Positions 19,200 through 20,000 of a stretch of 20,000 nucleotides of DNA are shown here, piece by piece (position 1 is the stretch's first letter; every line of letters starts with the position of its first letter). The position numbers and the translations under genes are program-made. Source of the DNA: Chiloscyllium plagiosum (lineage: Eukaryota); NCBI RefSeq assembly GCF_004010195.1, contig NC_057751.1, forward strand, positions 13,904,670-13,924,669. The letters are read 5' to 3'. The notes under the pieces are model-generated. The model was given only the letters and a program-made list of their open reading frames with translations. It searched no databases and was not told the origin of the DNA.

Positions 19200-20000
19200 A
19201 GTGCGGTTGGGTTCTGTTGACAAATTGTCAGGAGGTGAGCTGGAAAACGGGAAGACATGGTCACTTAAGGACTGGCTGGGGCAGTGAGCCCGAAAACTTC
19301 CCCCTCACTTGTCGGGAAGCACATGGCTGGTTCTGAACAGCAAGCAACTGCCTGACATCTCCAGGTCGAGAAGTGCAATCGGAGGGTAAGAGGTGCAGAG
19401 GGGTTCGAGGCACGAAATGCCCCTGGGGGGAAGAATTCGCAGAGGGCGGTTTGATGTCAACTCAGGGGCTGTCACAAAGAGGTGCAGCCAGAGGCTGGGG
19501 CGCCCCTTTCTGTGCGCAGTCTAATCATTTGTTTCAGCCTATTGATCAGAAACGCAGAGGTTCTCCTCCCCCACTGCCGTCTTTTTTGTCTGACCTTTTT
19601 TTGTTGGGGGGGTTGTTGCGGGGCTTGTTTCCTCACAACTTGTTGGAAAGCACTGAAGACAGAAGCGAGCAGCCGCCTCTATCCAGACACAAGGTAAGGG
19701 GCGGCAATGTCTTGCAATGGGGGGGGAGCGGACAGAAAAGTTGTGGCCAAGTTTTGGCAGCGCCATTTTCCACCCGGCTGCTGTTTGTTGTTCCCTGTGC
19801 TGGGCTCCCTCTCTCTCTGTGCACGGCTGGGGGGGCGGAGCGGACAGAAAAGTTGTGGCCAAGTTTTGGCAGCGCCATTTTCCACCCGGCTGCTGTTTGT
19901 TGTTCCCTGTGCTGGGCTCCCTCTCTCTCTGTGCACGGCTGGGGGGGAGCTGCTACAGTATCCCCCCCCCCCCCCCCCAAAACCCCACGCACCATGGGGT
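19200..20000 (+). promoter_or_regulatory. CpG-enriched putative promoter / 5' exon / first-intron region of an unidentified gene
   Basis: About 28 CpGs in 800 bp (hand count) outside any recognisable TE; TGCGCA 19513-19518; GC boxes at 19698-19704 and 19832-19840; donors GAG|GTGAGC (GT 19235), AGG|GTAAGA (GT 19386), AAG|GTAAGG (GT 19694); YY1 CGCCATTTT at 19761 and 19873. Confidence 0.55.
19725..19947. repeat. Perfect tandem duplication, period 112 bp
   Basis: 19725-19835 is identical to 19837-19947 by eye, and is flanked by GGGGGGGAGC at both ends (19720-19729, 19941-19950). Confidence 0.97.

Noticed and set aside
19539..19995. Minus-strand ORFs with repeated peptides
   Set aside because: The repetition comes from the 112-bp duplication, which is not a multiple of 3; GC-rich open frames without a recognisable domain.
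1..20000. CRISPR array, prokaryotic operon or intact transposase/RT gene
   Set aside because: No regular repeat-spacer array and no long intact ORF; all RT fragments carry stops or frameshifts.

Overview
Eukaryotic, repeat-dense, essentially non-coding DNA. The repeat families (tRNA-headed HE1/V-SINE-type SINEs with (TAATC)n tails, HER1-like CR1 LINEs, Rex1/Babar, L2, Penelope-derived inverted repeats) point to a cartilaginous fish, probably a shark (inference). About half of the window is decayed retroelement sequence, including nested insertions with readable target-site duplications (CR1 > Rex1 > solo LTR; SINEs inside CR1 copies). No intact protein-coding gene is supported; most listed ORFs are sense or antisense readings of repeats. 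The last ~800 bp is CpG-enriched and looks like a + strand promoter/5' exon region, with strong splice donors and a perfect 112-bp tandem duplication carrying a YY1 motif. Most interesting signals: minimal hammerhead-ribozyme skeletons in three Penelope-like termini (one with an intact core at 6390-6424), and an EN-RT LINE that appears to start with a tRNA/SINE-like head instead of an ORF1. Family names come from recognising motifs and remembered consensus sequences, not from a database search. I see no convincing wholly novel system.
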